27,744 nucleotides of DNA, from positions 1 through 27,744 of the forward strand of contig CAVXVB010000001.1 in NCBI GenBank assembly GCA_963765205.1, in the 5' to 3' direction. How positions within the stretch are numbered: position 1 is the stretch's first letter; every line of letters starts with the position of its first letter. The DNA is from an uncultured Verrucomicrobiae bacterium. Its GTDB lineage: Bacteria; Verrucomicrobiota; Verrucomicrobiia; Opitutales; JABDGR01. Below the pieces are notes generated by a model. It was not told the origin of the DNA. It worked only from the letters and a program-made list of their open reading frames with translations, and made no database searches. A program made the translations under genes and the position numbers. Shown piece after piece: positions 9,607 to 19,100 of this stretch.

Positions 9607-9801
9607 ATGATCCCCCTCCGCTCCTCCGCCATCCGGGCGGCGGGTTACGACCCGCTTTCCCGGCGCCTGCTCATCCGGTTCACCCGCGGTGGTTCCTTCA
9701 CCTTTTACCGGGTGCCGGAGTCCATCTTCCACGGTCTTGTGCGCGCCGGGTCGCCGGGCCGTTTCTATAACACCCATATCCGTGGCCGCTTCGGCCCCTA
9801 A
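9607..9801 (+). CDS. KTSC domain-containing protein (64 aa)
   Basis: MIPLRSSAIRAAGYDPLSRRLLIRFTRGGSFTFYRVPESIFHGLVRAGSPGRFYNTHIRGRF fits the KTSC pattern SSxIxxxGYD...LxIxF..G..Y.Y..VP......L..A.S.G.FYN..IRG. Confidence 0.9.
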   Translation: MIPLRSSAIRAAGYDPLSRRLLIRFTRGGSFTFYRVPESIFHGLVRAGSPGRFYNTHIRGRFGP

Positions 9802-9805
9802 TCCC

Positions 9806-10534
9806 ATGACCACCAGAAAAGGCAAAATCGCCCGCCTGCCGCACGCCACGCGCGAACGTTTGAACCAGCGTCTGCTCAACGGCGAGGAGGGTGCTAAACT
9901 CGTCCCCTGGTTGAACGCCCAGCCGGCCGTGCGGGCCGTGCTCGCGGCGGAATTCGCGGGCCGGCCCATCACCGAGCAGAATCTGAGCGAATGGAAACAA
10001 GGTGGCTACGAAGACTGGCTCCGCCATCAGGAGGCGCGGGACTGGGTGCGCAGTCTGACTGAGGAATCGGCGGAGCTCAAAAGGGAGGCCGGCGATTATT
10101 CGGTGGCGGATCATCTGGCGGCCCCGCTGGCCGTCGCGCTCGGTCGCTGGCTGCATCAAGTCGCCGCCAGTTCGCCCAACGACGCGGAGCAGCGGAAGGC
10201 CTTGTTCGGCCTCTCGCGGGAAGTGTCCCGCCTTCGGCGCGATGACGATCATACCCAATCGCGCCGCTTCAAACGCGAATGTTGGGTCGCCGATCAGGCG
10301 GCCCAGCAGGAGAATAACCGAGCGCTGGCGCCGCTGGCCCCGTTGCTGCACTCCCTGTTCATAAGTCAGGTTGCCGCCTTGTTTGAGAGCGACCTAGAGC
10401 GGTTGAACGGTAAAATTCCACTCCCCGTTCAGGTCTTCATTAATCAGATGAAAAAATTCCAAAAAACCGCCGATGGGGCTGGCCCCTCCTCGCCACCCGG
10501 TGAGCCGCCCACCACTCCGGCCAAATCCAATTAA
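9806..10534 (+). CDS. Hypothetical protein (242 aa); N-terminus resembles DUF3486/phage Mu Gp27-like helical DNA-binding proteins
   Basis: Begins MTTRKGKIARLPHATRERLNQRLLNG...LVPWLN...ITEQNLSEWKQGGYEDWL, followed by helical segments. Starts 4 bp after the KTSC stop. The coding call is solid; the family call is from memory. Confidence 0.65.
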   Translation: MTTRKGKIARLPHATRERLNQRLLNGEEGAKLVPWLNAQPAVRAVLAAEFAGRPITEQNLSEWKQGGYEDWLRHQEARDWVRSLTEESAELKREAGDYSVADHLAAPLAVALGRWLHQVAASSPNDAEQRKALFGLSREVSRLRRDDDHTQSRRFKRECWVADQAAQQENNRALAPLAPLLHSLFISQVAALFESDLERLNGKIPLPVQVFINQMKKFQKTADGAGPSSPPGEPPTTPAKSN

Positions 10535-10660
10535 ATCCGGCCAAATCAATCCGGCCCGCTCTCGCCCAATCCAACCAAATCCGACCAAATCAAGGTAAAT
10601 CGAACCAAATCAGCCCATTCTGCTCCAGCGAAATCCAACCAAATCCGACTAAATCCAACC
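10523..10660 (+). repeat. Array of degenerate 10-bp tandem repeats, consensus AAATCC(A/G)(A/G)CC
   Basis: Three blocks with units at 10523, 10533, 10543 (partial); 10567, 10577, 10587, 10597, 10607; and 10631, 10641, 10651. Example: CAATCCAACC AAATCCGACC AAATCAAGGT AAATCGAACC AAATCAGCCC. Confidence 0.9.
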
Positions 10661-11123
10661 ATAAACCGCCCATAGATCAAAGAGAACACCCCGCAGAGGG
10701 AGGAAGCCGGCCCGCCGCTCAAAAATTCTCTAACTTATTATTTTTCAATGGGATAGGATTCAATTAACCGCCTAAAAAGTCCGCAGCGCTGCCTGAATGC
10801 CCGGAAATCGCCTCCCATCCTCCCAACCCTCTTGCCCGCCTTGCTAAAACTCGTTCCCTTTTTTCCTGCCGCCGGCCCGCGCGCCGGGCCTTGGCGCCCC
10901 CCGGGACCAATATATTATCTCGTGATACGAGAATAAGGATGCTTGGCCGCCCCGTCTGCGGCTGCCAGTGCCCCCGCCCTCCGCTGGGGGGTCGTTTCGA
11001 GGGAAAATGGGGGGTAAAATTTTACAAGTAATTTACCCTAGAAAATGTAATAAGGACTTGCCCCCAGAAGAAAAAGCATTAGATTAAGGGTATTCAAAAA
11101 ACCTTTTCAACTGCCCACCTGTC

Positions 11124-14100
11124 ATGAAAATCGTCCAAGCTCTTCGTCGGTTCTCCTCGATTCGCCCCGTGTTTGCTGCGGTGGCGGCGCTCTCCGCGCT
11201 CCTTGCCGCCCCCGCCGCCTTCGCCGGCACTTCCGGTGGCGCCGGGGCGGTGACCTACAACATTCCGGAGCAGATTGAGCAGGGCAATATGCCCTATACG
11301 GCGTCATATACGCTGATCATCACGTCACCCGCCTACCTGCCCTCGGGCAATTACTCCGTTACCCTCAATTTGACCCTCCTGTCCGCGCCCACTGGGGTAA
11401 CCACCTCCCAGGCCTTGAGCTTTGTCACCATCTCTTCGAACACGTCGTTGCTGGGCGGTCTGTTGGGCAATATCACCAATCTTCTGGGCCCGATTGTCGG
11501 CGCCACCCAAACCGGCGCGGCCACGATTGGCTTCACCGGCCCCAGCCAGCAGGTGGCGGTCACCGTGACGACGACCATCCCCGCGGGCAATTGGGCGGGC
11601 AGTTTTGGCTATGGAATTCAGACCAGCGGCTGGGCGAGCTCCTTGGGCGTTACCGACCAGGGTTGCACGATCAATGACACCGTGGCGCTGCCGCCGGGTT
11701 TGCTGGGCCTGCCCAGCATCACCATCCTGGCCCCGATCGACAATACGGAATATACCTTGCTCTCGGGCACCTACACCTTCGTCGCCGGCAACTCGACCGA
11801 GGTGGACACGGACGAGAACATCACCTATTCGGCGGACAACGGCTTTTATGAGTATGTGCCGAGCGCCAGCAGCACGATAACGGCCAATTATTCCTTCACC
11901 GGCAACACCTCGGACGGCTCGCCTTTGATTGCCATGAATGGCAGTGTCAATGGCATGGACTTGGGGGTGATGGCCACCGGCCTCAATTTGGCCAACACCA
12001 CCGCCACCGCGAACGGCACCTTTGTCATGTCCGAACCCGGCACCTACACGGTCGTGGCCAATGACGCGAATGCCAATTTCGTGGATTCGGAATCGGTGGA
12101 ACTCACGGTCAATATCCAAGCCGGCCCGCCGAGCGTGGTGATTGACACCCCGCCCGCCAATTCCACCTACACCTTGACGGGCAATTCCATTTCCGTGCCC
12201 TTCACCTTCACCGGCTTTAGCGAATACGGCGGCATCACTGACCTGACGGCGATGCTGGATGGCGTACCAATTTCTGTTTCGTCCGGGGACTTGGGCAACA
12301 ACACCGGCCCGGGTGGCAGCGGCACGTCCCTGGGCAATGGCACCATGGTCCTTACTTCGACCGGCACGCACGAATTGTCCGTCACCGCGACGGATGACAA
12401 TGGTTCTACCAGCGTGTCGGAAAGCATCATCGTGGTCGCGCAGACGCCCTTGATCCCCCCCCATGCCAACATCCTGAGCCCCACGGCCAACGAAGTCTTC
12501 ACCACCGTGGCCGGCACCCCCACCCCGGTCACCCTCACCTTTAACGGCACCACCACCGGCGACCCCATCACCAGCCTCAGTGCGACCTTGGACAACGTGA
12601 CCGTGACCGCCACGAGCAACGGCACGCAGAATGTTGCCTTGGACGGCAACACCGTGACCTTCACGTTCGCGGGCTTGGACACCACGAATCCGACCGGCTC
12701 GGCCGTCGTTGATTACTCGACGGCGGGCAACCACACTTTGAGCGTCACCGCCATTAATGATGGCGGCAATGCCTCGACCCTCACCGATTTCTCGGTGGTG
12801 ACCAATGCACCCACGACCAGCACGCTGGCCGTCGCCATCACGAAACCCGCGCCGAATTCGACCTACGCCATCGCCACCGTCGGCGGCTCGGTTTGCATTC
12901 CTGATGCCTTCGTCGCCAACAGCACCGCGGCCAGCGGCGTGACTTCCTTGAATGTCACCTATGCCCTTAATGGCGCCAATCCCGCCCCGGAGACGGTGAC
13001 GCCGACCGCCTTTGGCAAAGCCTCGGTCACGGCCACGGGCATGCTCTCCATTTCCGTGCCGGGCACCTACACCATTAAAGTCACGGCCACGGATGAATAC
13101 AACACGGCGACCGCTTCGGAAAACATCACCGTGACCGCGCCGGCCCCCTGCCCGCAGGTGGCGATCACCCACCCCGCCAACGGCGCCTGCTTCCAGGTCG
13201 GCACCTCGTCCTGCCCGCTCTATGTCCCCGTTGACCTGACCGCCAACACCACAACGGGCAGCACCCTGAGCACTTTGACGCTGACGCTGAACGGCCAGCC
13301 GGTGACGCTCACCTCGGTTTCCGGCCTCGGCAAGGCTGCGGCCACCGGCTCGGTGGACTTGAAGATCACTTCCGCCGGCAATTACACGCTCGTGGCAACC
13401 ACGACCAGCGGCAATGTCTCGGCCACGGCCACCAGCACCTTCACCGTCAGCAACAATTGCGGCACCAATGGCTTTGGCGGCTGTGGCAATAACTACGGTG
13501 GTGGAGACAACAACGGTGGCTATGGCTACGGCGGCGGCAATAATGGCGGCTATGGTTTCGGTGGCGGCAATAACGGCGGCTACGGCTTCGGTGGTGGCAA
13601 CAATTGCGGCGGCTATAGCGTCACGACATATACCTGCACTCCCCCGCCCTGCAATATCACCTGGCAGCAATCGTGGTCCTGCGGCAGCACCCAAAAGGGT
13701 GGCGGCAGCTTGCCCATCTGCTTCCAAGTCCAATACTGCGGTTCCCAGTGCGCGACCTACTGGAACAGCTACTTTAACAGTTGCGGCTCGGACTATGAGA
13801 AGTGCGACCAATCGTCGCGTTCCTGCTGGAGTTCCTCGGGCTACCTCAACTGCTTGGTCGGCAATGTGCCGAGCAGCAGCTCGTGCCTGAACGGCAACTG
13901 GGATAATAAGGGCGGCAAGCTGTGCAGCAACGACACGAGCGTCAAGTGCGTGGTCTATGAAGTCTACGCGAATGGCTCCTGCGGCAAGCCGAAGACCTAT
14001 ACCTGCCCGACGGTGTCCTACTCCGGCTGGGGTTGGAACCAGTCCTATAATCCGGGCACCGGCTGCACCATCAACAACAACGACCAATATAACTGCAGCT

Positions 14101-14207
14101 TCCCGACCTCGAGTGGCACCCACACCTACCGCTGCGACGTGTATTACACCAACCAGAGCAGCGGCTCGGATTGCTTCCTGGGCTGCGAACAGTTCAAGAC
14201 GAAATAA
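11124..14207 (+). CDS. Secreted 1027-aa surface protein: about five Ig-like repeats, a Gly/Asn/Tyr linker and a Cys-rich, PxKF-like C-terminal domain
   Basis: Signal peptide ends in ...APAAFA. Thr/Val-rich repeats start at LPSITILAP, PPSVVIDTP, PPHANILSP, LAVAITKP and CPQVAITHP and end in G.(Y/H)T(L/I).V.A-type strands. GGGNNGGYGF repeats follow, and I count 23 Cys in the last ~250 aa. An intrinsic terminator lies downstream. Confidence 0.85.
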   Translation: MKIVQALRRFSSIRPVFAAVAALSALLAAPAAFAGTSGGAGAVTYNIPEQIEQGNMPYTASYTLIITSPAYLPSGNYSVTLNLTLLSAPTGVTTSQALSFVTISSNTSLLGGLLGNITNLLGPIVGATQTGAATIGFTGPSQQVAVTVTTTIPAGNWAGSFGYGIQTSGWASSLGVTDQGCTINDTVALPPGLLGLPSITILAPIDNTEYTLLSGTYTFVAGNSTEVDTDENITYSADNGFYEYVPSASSTITANYSFTGNTSDGSPLIAMNGSVNGMDLGVMATGLNLANTTATANGTFVMSEPGTYTVVANDANANFVDSESVELTVNIQAGPPSVVIDTPPANSTYTLTGNSISVPFTFTGFSEYGGITDLTAMLDGVPISVSSGDLGNNTGPGGSGTSLGNGTMVLTSTGTHELSVTATDDNGSTSVSESIIVVAQTPLIPPHANILSPTANEVFTTVAGTPTPVTLTFNGTTTGDPITSLSATLDNVTVTATSNGTQNVALDGNTVTFTFAGLDTTNPTGSAVVDYSTAGNHTLSVTAINDGGNASTLTDFSVVTNAPTTSTLAVAITKPAPNSTYAIATVGGSVCIPDAFVANSTAASGVTSLNVTYALNGANPAPETVTPTAFGKASVTATGMLSISVPGTYTIKVTATDEYNTATASENITVTAPAPCPQVAITHPANGACFQVGTSSCPLYVPVDLTANTTTGSTLSTLTLTLNGQPVTLTSVSGLGKAAATGSVDLKITSAGNYTLVATTTSGNVSATATSTFTVSNNCGTNGFGGCGNNYGGGDNNGGYGYGGGNNGGYGFGGGNNGGYGFGGGNNCGGYSVTTYTCTPPPCNITWQQSWSCGSTQKGGGSLPICFQVQYCGSQCATYWNSYFNSCGSDYEKCDQSSRSCWSSSGYLNCLVGNVPSSSSCLNGNWDNKGGKLCSNDTSVKCVVYEVYANGSCGKPKTYTCPTVSYSGWGWNQSYNPGTGCTINNNDQYNCSFPTSSGTHTYRCDVYYTNQSSGSDCFLGCEQFKTK
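13500..13609 (+). repeat. Coding 30-bp tandem repeat (GGxNNGGYG[YF], about 3.6 copies)
   Basis: Units at 13500, 13530, 13560 and a partial unit at 13590 encode GGDNNGGYGY GGGNNGGYGF GGGNNGGYGF GGGNNC. Confidence 0.9.
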
Positions 14208-14229
14208 GTGCTTGCATCCCGGGGAAATC

Positions 14230-14265
14230 AAAGAGGCGGGGCCAAACGGCCCCGCCTCTTTTTTT
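14230..14265 (+). terminator. Rho-independent terminator
   Basis: AAGAGGCGGGGCC-AAAC-GGCCCCGCCTCTT is a perfect 13-bp stem followed by a T run, about 23 bp after the stop at 14207. Confidence 0.9.
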
Positions 14266-14320
14266 GCGCCAATATCGGAACTTGCCCCCCTCCTCTCGCC
14301 TGCGCTATCAAAACTCGCCG

Positions 14321-15565
14321 ATGAAATTTTCCCGCCTCTTAATGGTTCTGTTCGGGGCCGGACTTCTTTTGTCCGGCTGCCATGTTCCGTCACCCAACGC
14401 CGCCCTTATCCAACCCCGCGAGCTTGCGCTCAGCCCGGCGGAGGTGGACCGCGCCGGGGAAGTTGTTTCCTTCAATCTGCCCGTGGAACTTTTGGGAAGC
14501 GACCTGGTGCTGCAACCCGCCGGAGCCAATGCCCAGGAAATTTCACTGCCCATTCAAGTGGACGGCCCTGGCCGCGGCACCGTTTTCATCCCCTTGCAAA
14601 AGGCCGGCGAAACGCTGCGTTACTCGATTGCTCCTGGCTCGGCCGGCGGCCGGCCAGGCGTGGCGATAAATAACCCAAACGGCCGCCTGCGTTTTTCGGT
14701 GGAAGGACAGACGATTTTTGATTACCAGATGACCCCGGCCCCGGCGCCGACCGCGGGCCTGGCCCCGAAGATGTTGCGCGGCGCGTTTATCCACCCGATT
14801 TATACCCCGGCGGGCAAACTCGTTACGGACAGCTATCCCGCCGACCATGTGCATCACCATGGCATCTGGACCGCGTGGGAGGACACGCAGTTCCAGGGGC
14901 GCACGCCCGATTTCTGGAATTCGCAAAATCCCAACGGTGGCACCGTCGAATTTGTCTCTCTCGAGCAAAGCTGGGGCGGGCCGGTTTTCGGCGGGTTCGT
15001 CGCCGAGCATCGTTTCATGGACCGCCTGACCAGCCCGCCCACCGCCGCGTTGAACGAAAAATGGCGGGTCGCGGTTTATGCCGCGCCCGGTTTTGCCGCG
15101 CGCATCTTCGATTTGACCATGACCCACACCCTGGCGACCCCCGACCCCCTCATGCTCCTCCCCTACCGCTACGGCGGCCTCGGCGTGCGCGGCAGCGCGG
15201 AGTGGCTGGACAAAAGCAACTTCACCGTCCTGACCTCGAATGGCGACACCGACCGCGTCAAGGCGCAAGGCCTGGGGACGCGCTGGTTTTTCATGGGCGG
15301 CAAAGTCGGCGGCGCGCCCTGCGGCATCGCCATTCTCGACGACCCGGCGAATTTCCGCGCGCCGCAGCCCGTTTGGATGAACGCCGACCAGCCGTTCTTT
15401 TGCTATGTGCCCGCCGCCAAGACCGGATTCACGATTACGCAGGACCAGCCCTACACCGCGCGCTACCGCTTCATCGTGCAAGACGGCCTGCCGGACGCGA
15501 AGTTTCTCGAAGCCTGCTGGCAAGGCTTTGCCCACCCCGCCACGGTGATGGTTGAAACCAGGTAG
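14321..15565 (+). CDS. PmoA-family (PF14100/DUF6807-type) lipoprotein; not the methanotroph pMMO subunit
   Basis: Lipobox MKFSRLLMVLFGAGLLLSG/C. Family motifs FIHPIYTPAGKLVTDSYPADHVHHHGIWTAW, DFW, YGGLGVRG, GIAILDDPANFRAP and YTARYRFIVQDG. Confidence 0.85.
   Translation: MKFSRLLMVLFGAGLLLSGCHVPSPNAALIQPRELALSPAEVDRAGEVVSFNLPVELLGSDLVLQPAGANAQEISLPIQVDGPGRGTVFIPLQKAGETLRYSIAPGSAGGRPGVAINNPNGRLRFSVEGQTIFDYQMTPAPAPTAGLAPKMLRGAFIHPIYTPAGKLVTDSYPADHVHHHGIWTAWEDTQFQGRTPDFWNSQNPNGGTVEFVSLEQSWGGPVFGGFVAEHRFMDRLTSPPTAALNEKWRVAVYAAPGFAARIFDLTMTHTLATPDPLMLLPYRYGGLGVRGSAEWLDKSNFTVLTSNGDTDRVKAQGLGTRWFFMGGKVGGAPCGIAILDDPANFRAPQPVWMNADQPFFCYVPAAKTGFTITQDQPYTARYRFIVQDGLPDAKFLEACWQGFAHPATVMVETR
15367..15555 (+). 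repeat. 189-bp direct repeat, copy 1 (3' end of the PmoA-family gene)
   Basis: Aligns without gaps to 20670-20858 (offset 5303 bp) with 6 mismatches by eye. Confidence 0.95.
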
Positions 15566-16134
15566 TGCATTGCCCGCGTTAACTGGCCACCAATGCCTCG
15601 GAATGCCGGCGGGCGATGTCGAGCAAGCGCAACGCCCACCCATGGGCTTCCTTCGTCCACGCTCCCAGCTTGCAAGGCGAAGCCTGTCCCTTTTTGTCCG
15701 CTGAGCATGGCACCATTGGGCGTTGCTTGCCGCCGCTCCGGGTTTCGTAAATCGCAAAAAAAAACGGTTATCGCTGACCCAACCGCGCGCGGCCGACGAA
15801 AGCCAGGAACAACCCTGGTCACCCCCCCGACCGAAACGCGCCCAGATGGCCTGCTCCTCGTCTTCGGTGCCGACCCGGCCCCGTCCGACGACGAACCGGT
15901 GTTCTGGAGGGATCACCCAGGCTTCCCAAGCAGCCGGGAGTGACCCCGAATCCTTTCCGCAGGATGAGGGACCCGCGCCCAAACAAATGGCCTTGCGGGT
16001 TGGGCGAAAAACCCGCAGTTTATCGCTTAAGACGCATTCCACCCCTCCCAACCCAAGCAACCCCCAAAAAGCAATTTCCTGCCGGTTTTAATCACCCCCA
16101 TCGCTTCCTTCATTTATTCGGAACGTATCACCCC

Positions 16135-19100
16135 ATGCGATCCCGCCCTCTCCGTTCTTGCCTCGCGTGCGCGTCGCTCGTTCTTGCGCTGTTGGTGATC
16201 GCGGCCTGCTCGACCGCGCGAACGTCCGCGACTGCTCCTGCCGCAGCGAACCCCCCCGCGAATCTGTCCCCGCTTGAGCAGGGTTTTGGCGGCACGGTGC
16301 GTCCCTTCATGCAGACCTACTGTTTTTCCTGTCACAGCGGCGACAAACCCAAGGGAGATCTGGATTTGAGTTCTTATGGCAACCTGGCTGCCGTCACCAG
16401 CGATTTTTCCCGCTGGGCGCTCGTGGGCAAAAGGGTCAAGGCGGAGGAAATGCCCCCTGACGATGCCAAACTGTATCCGACGGCGGATGAGCGGAAGCAA
16501 ATCGCCGACTGGATTGAGGCGGTGGGCGCGGAGGAAGCCAAACGCCATGCCGGCGATCCGGGCATCGTGCTCGCGCGGCGCTTGAGCAATTCGGAATACG
16601 ACTACAGCATCCGCGACCTGACGGGTGTTGACCTCAAACCCACGAGCGAATTCCCCGAGGACCCTTCCAACATGGCGGGGTTTGACAATTCAGGCGAGTC
16701 GCTGGTCATGTCGCCCGCCTTGCTAAACAAATACCTGAAGGCGGCGCGCGCCGTGGCTGACCATATGTTTTTGAAGCCCGAGGGTTTCGCGTTTGCGCCC
16801 TACCCGATGCTGGTCGAAACCGACCGCGATAAATATTGCGTCATGCGCATCATTGATTTTTACCACCAGCAGGATCTGGATTACGCGGACTATTTCCAGG
16901 CCGCCTGGCGGTTCAAGCATCGCGCGGAGCTTGGCCGGCCCGCGGCCACCCTGGCGGATTTCGCCGCCTCCGGCAAAGTCAGCCCGAAATATCTGGCGAC
17001 GATTTGGACGACCCTGGAAGGGACGCAAGAGAAGATTGGTCCGTTGGCCAGGCTGCAGGCGATGTGGCGGGATTTGTCGAGGCTGGCCGCCAATCCGGCG
17101 GTGGCCGTCGAACGACCGGGCTGCGAGCAGATGCGCGATTATGTGGTGCAGTTGCGCAAGAAAGTTGAACCGCGATTCCTGAATATCGTGGCGGGCAAAC
17201 TCACCGCCGACCGGCAGCCCTTCCTCATCTGGAAGGATGTCCAATATGCGACGCACCGGCGGACTTTTGACCCGGCACAGTTGCAGGTCGCGGGCGAGCC
17301 GGTGCCGGCGCCCTCCACCGAGCCGGAGCCGGGCGCCGGCAATGCGTTTGGCCCGGGCGCAACCCCATTGATTAAAAATCAACGCCGCGACCCGGATTTG
17401 GTGGTGCCGGCCGGCCAACGCCCGCAATATGAGGCGGCGTTCGCCAAGTTTTGCAGTGTGTTCCCCGACCTGTTTTACAAGGAATCCCGCGGCCGGAACT
17501 ATTTTGACACCTCCAAGGATCAAGGCCGCTACTTGAGTGCGGGCTTCCACAATGTGATGGGTTACTTTCGCGACGACGAACCGCTCTACGATCTGCTCCT
17601 CGACGCCCAGCAACAAAAAGAACTGGACGAAATGTGGCGGGAAATGGACTTCGTCGCCTCCACCACCATTCGCATGTATGGCCAGTTCAGCAGTTTTGGC
17701 GAGGCGCGCGGGAACGTCCCGACGGCGAAGCCCGCCACCACGGATGCCGCCACGACGAATGACGCCCAGGCGGACGACGGCGACCCGCCCCCGGAGGCGC
17801 CCATGGACAAAGATGCCACCTCGGAGGCCAAGATCATGGAGCTCAAGGCCAGTTATCTGGCCTTGGCGCAGGGCGGCAGCGACGTGGCGATCAAGGCCGT
17901 CGGCGACTATTTCGACTGGGTTAACACGACAATTCGCTGGGTCGAGAAGGCCCGCCTGGACGCCGAACCGGGCCAGTTGGCGGCGTTACTGCAATTCGCC
18001 GCGAAGGCCTACCGCCGCCCGCTTGCGCCGGAAGAGAAAGCCGACTTGCTGGCGTATTACAAGTCGCTGCGGGAAAAAGACGGGCTGGATCATGAAGCCG
18101 CCATGCGCGAATTGGTCGTGAGCGTGCTCATGGCTCCCGATTTTTGCTACCGGATTGATCTGGGCGCCGCCGACTCAGCCGTTCGCCCCTTGTCGGATTA
18201 TGACCTGGCCAGCCGCCTGAGCTACTTTTTGTGGTCGAGCCTGCCGGATGATGAGCTTTTGGCCCATGCGGCCAAGGGTGATTTGCACGAACCCAAAGTC
18301 ATCGCCGCCCAGGCGCAACGCATGGTGAAGGATTCCCGCGCCCGCGCGCTGGCGGTCGAATTCGGCGGCGACTGGCTTGATTTCCGGCACTTTGACCAGA
18401 TCGGCACGGTGGATCTGGCTCGGTTTCCGATGTTCACCCCCGAGCTGAAACAAGCGATGTTCGAGGAGCCGGTTCGCTTCCTGGAGGATGTATTCCAGCA
18501 CAACCGCCCGATCCTTGATTTACTTTATGCGAAAGATACCTTTGTCAACCCCCCGCTGGCCCAACTGTATGGAATTCCGTTGGCGGATAAACAGCCCGAT
18601 GACTGGGTGCATATCGCGGATGCCAGCCCCTTCAATCGCGGTGGCTTGCTGCCCATGGCCGTGTTTCTGACCAAAAACGCCCCGGGATTGCGCACCAGTC
18701 CGGTCAAGCGTGGTAATTGGGTGGTGAAAAACGTCCTGGGCGAACGCATCCCGCCGCCCCCGCCCAATGTCCCCACCCTGCCGCCGGACGAATCCAAGAT
18801 GGATTTGCCGTTGCGGGACATGCTGGCCCAACATCGCACCGACCCCAATTGCGCCGCCTGCCATGCGCGCTTCGATTCGCTCGGGCTGGTTTTTGAAGGT
18901 TACGGCCCCATCGGGGAACAGCGCGACAAAGACTTGGCCGGCCATCCGGTTGACGCGAGCGCCACGTTTCCCGGCGGCAGCAGCGGCACCGGGCTGGCGG
19001 GCCTGCAGCAGTATATCCGCACGGTCCGGCAAAATGATTTCGTGGACAATCTGTGCCGCAAGCTGCTGGCTTATGCCCTGGGCCGCAGCCTGATTCCTTC

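Noticed and set aside
10523..10660. Possible CRISPR array
   Set aside because: The units are 10 bp and contiguous, there are no unique 25-45 bp spacers, and no cas genes are present.
11325..14393. 1022-aa minus-strand ORF
   Set aside because: It mirrors the plus-strand Ig-repeat gene, which has the signal peptide, repeats and terminator.
14321..15565. Methane monooxygenase interpretation of the PmoA family name
   Set aside because: The protein is a soluble-looking lipoprotein without multiple transmembrane helices, and no pmoC or pmoB is nearby.
15566..16134. Short ORFs between the PmoA-family and DUF1592 genes
   Set aside because: I recognise no motif or RNA structure, so the stretch is treated as intergenic or unidentifiable remnant sequence.
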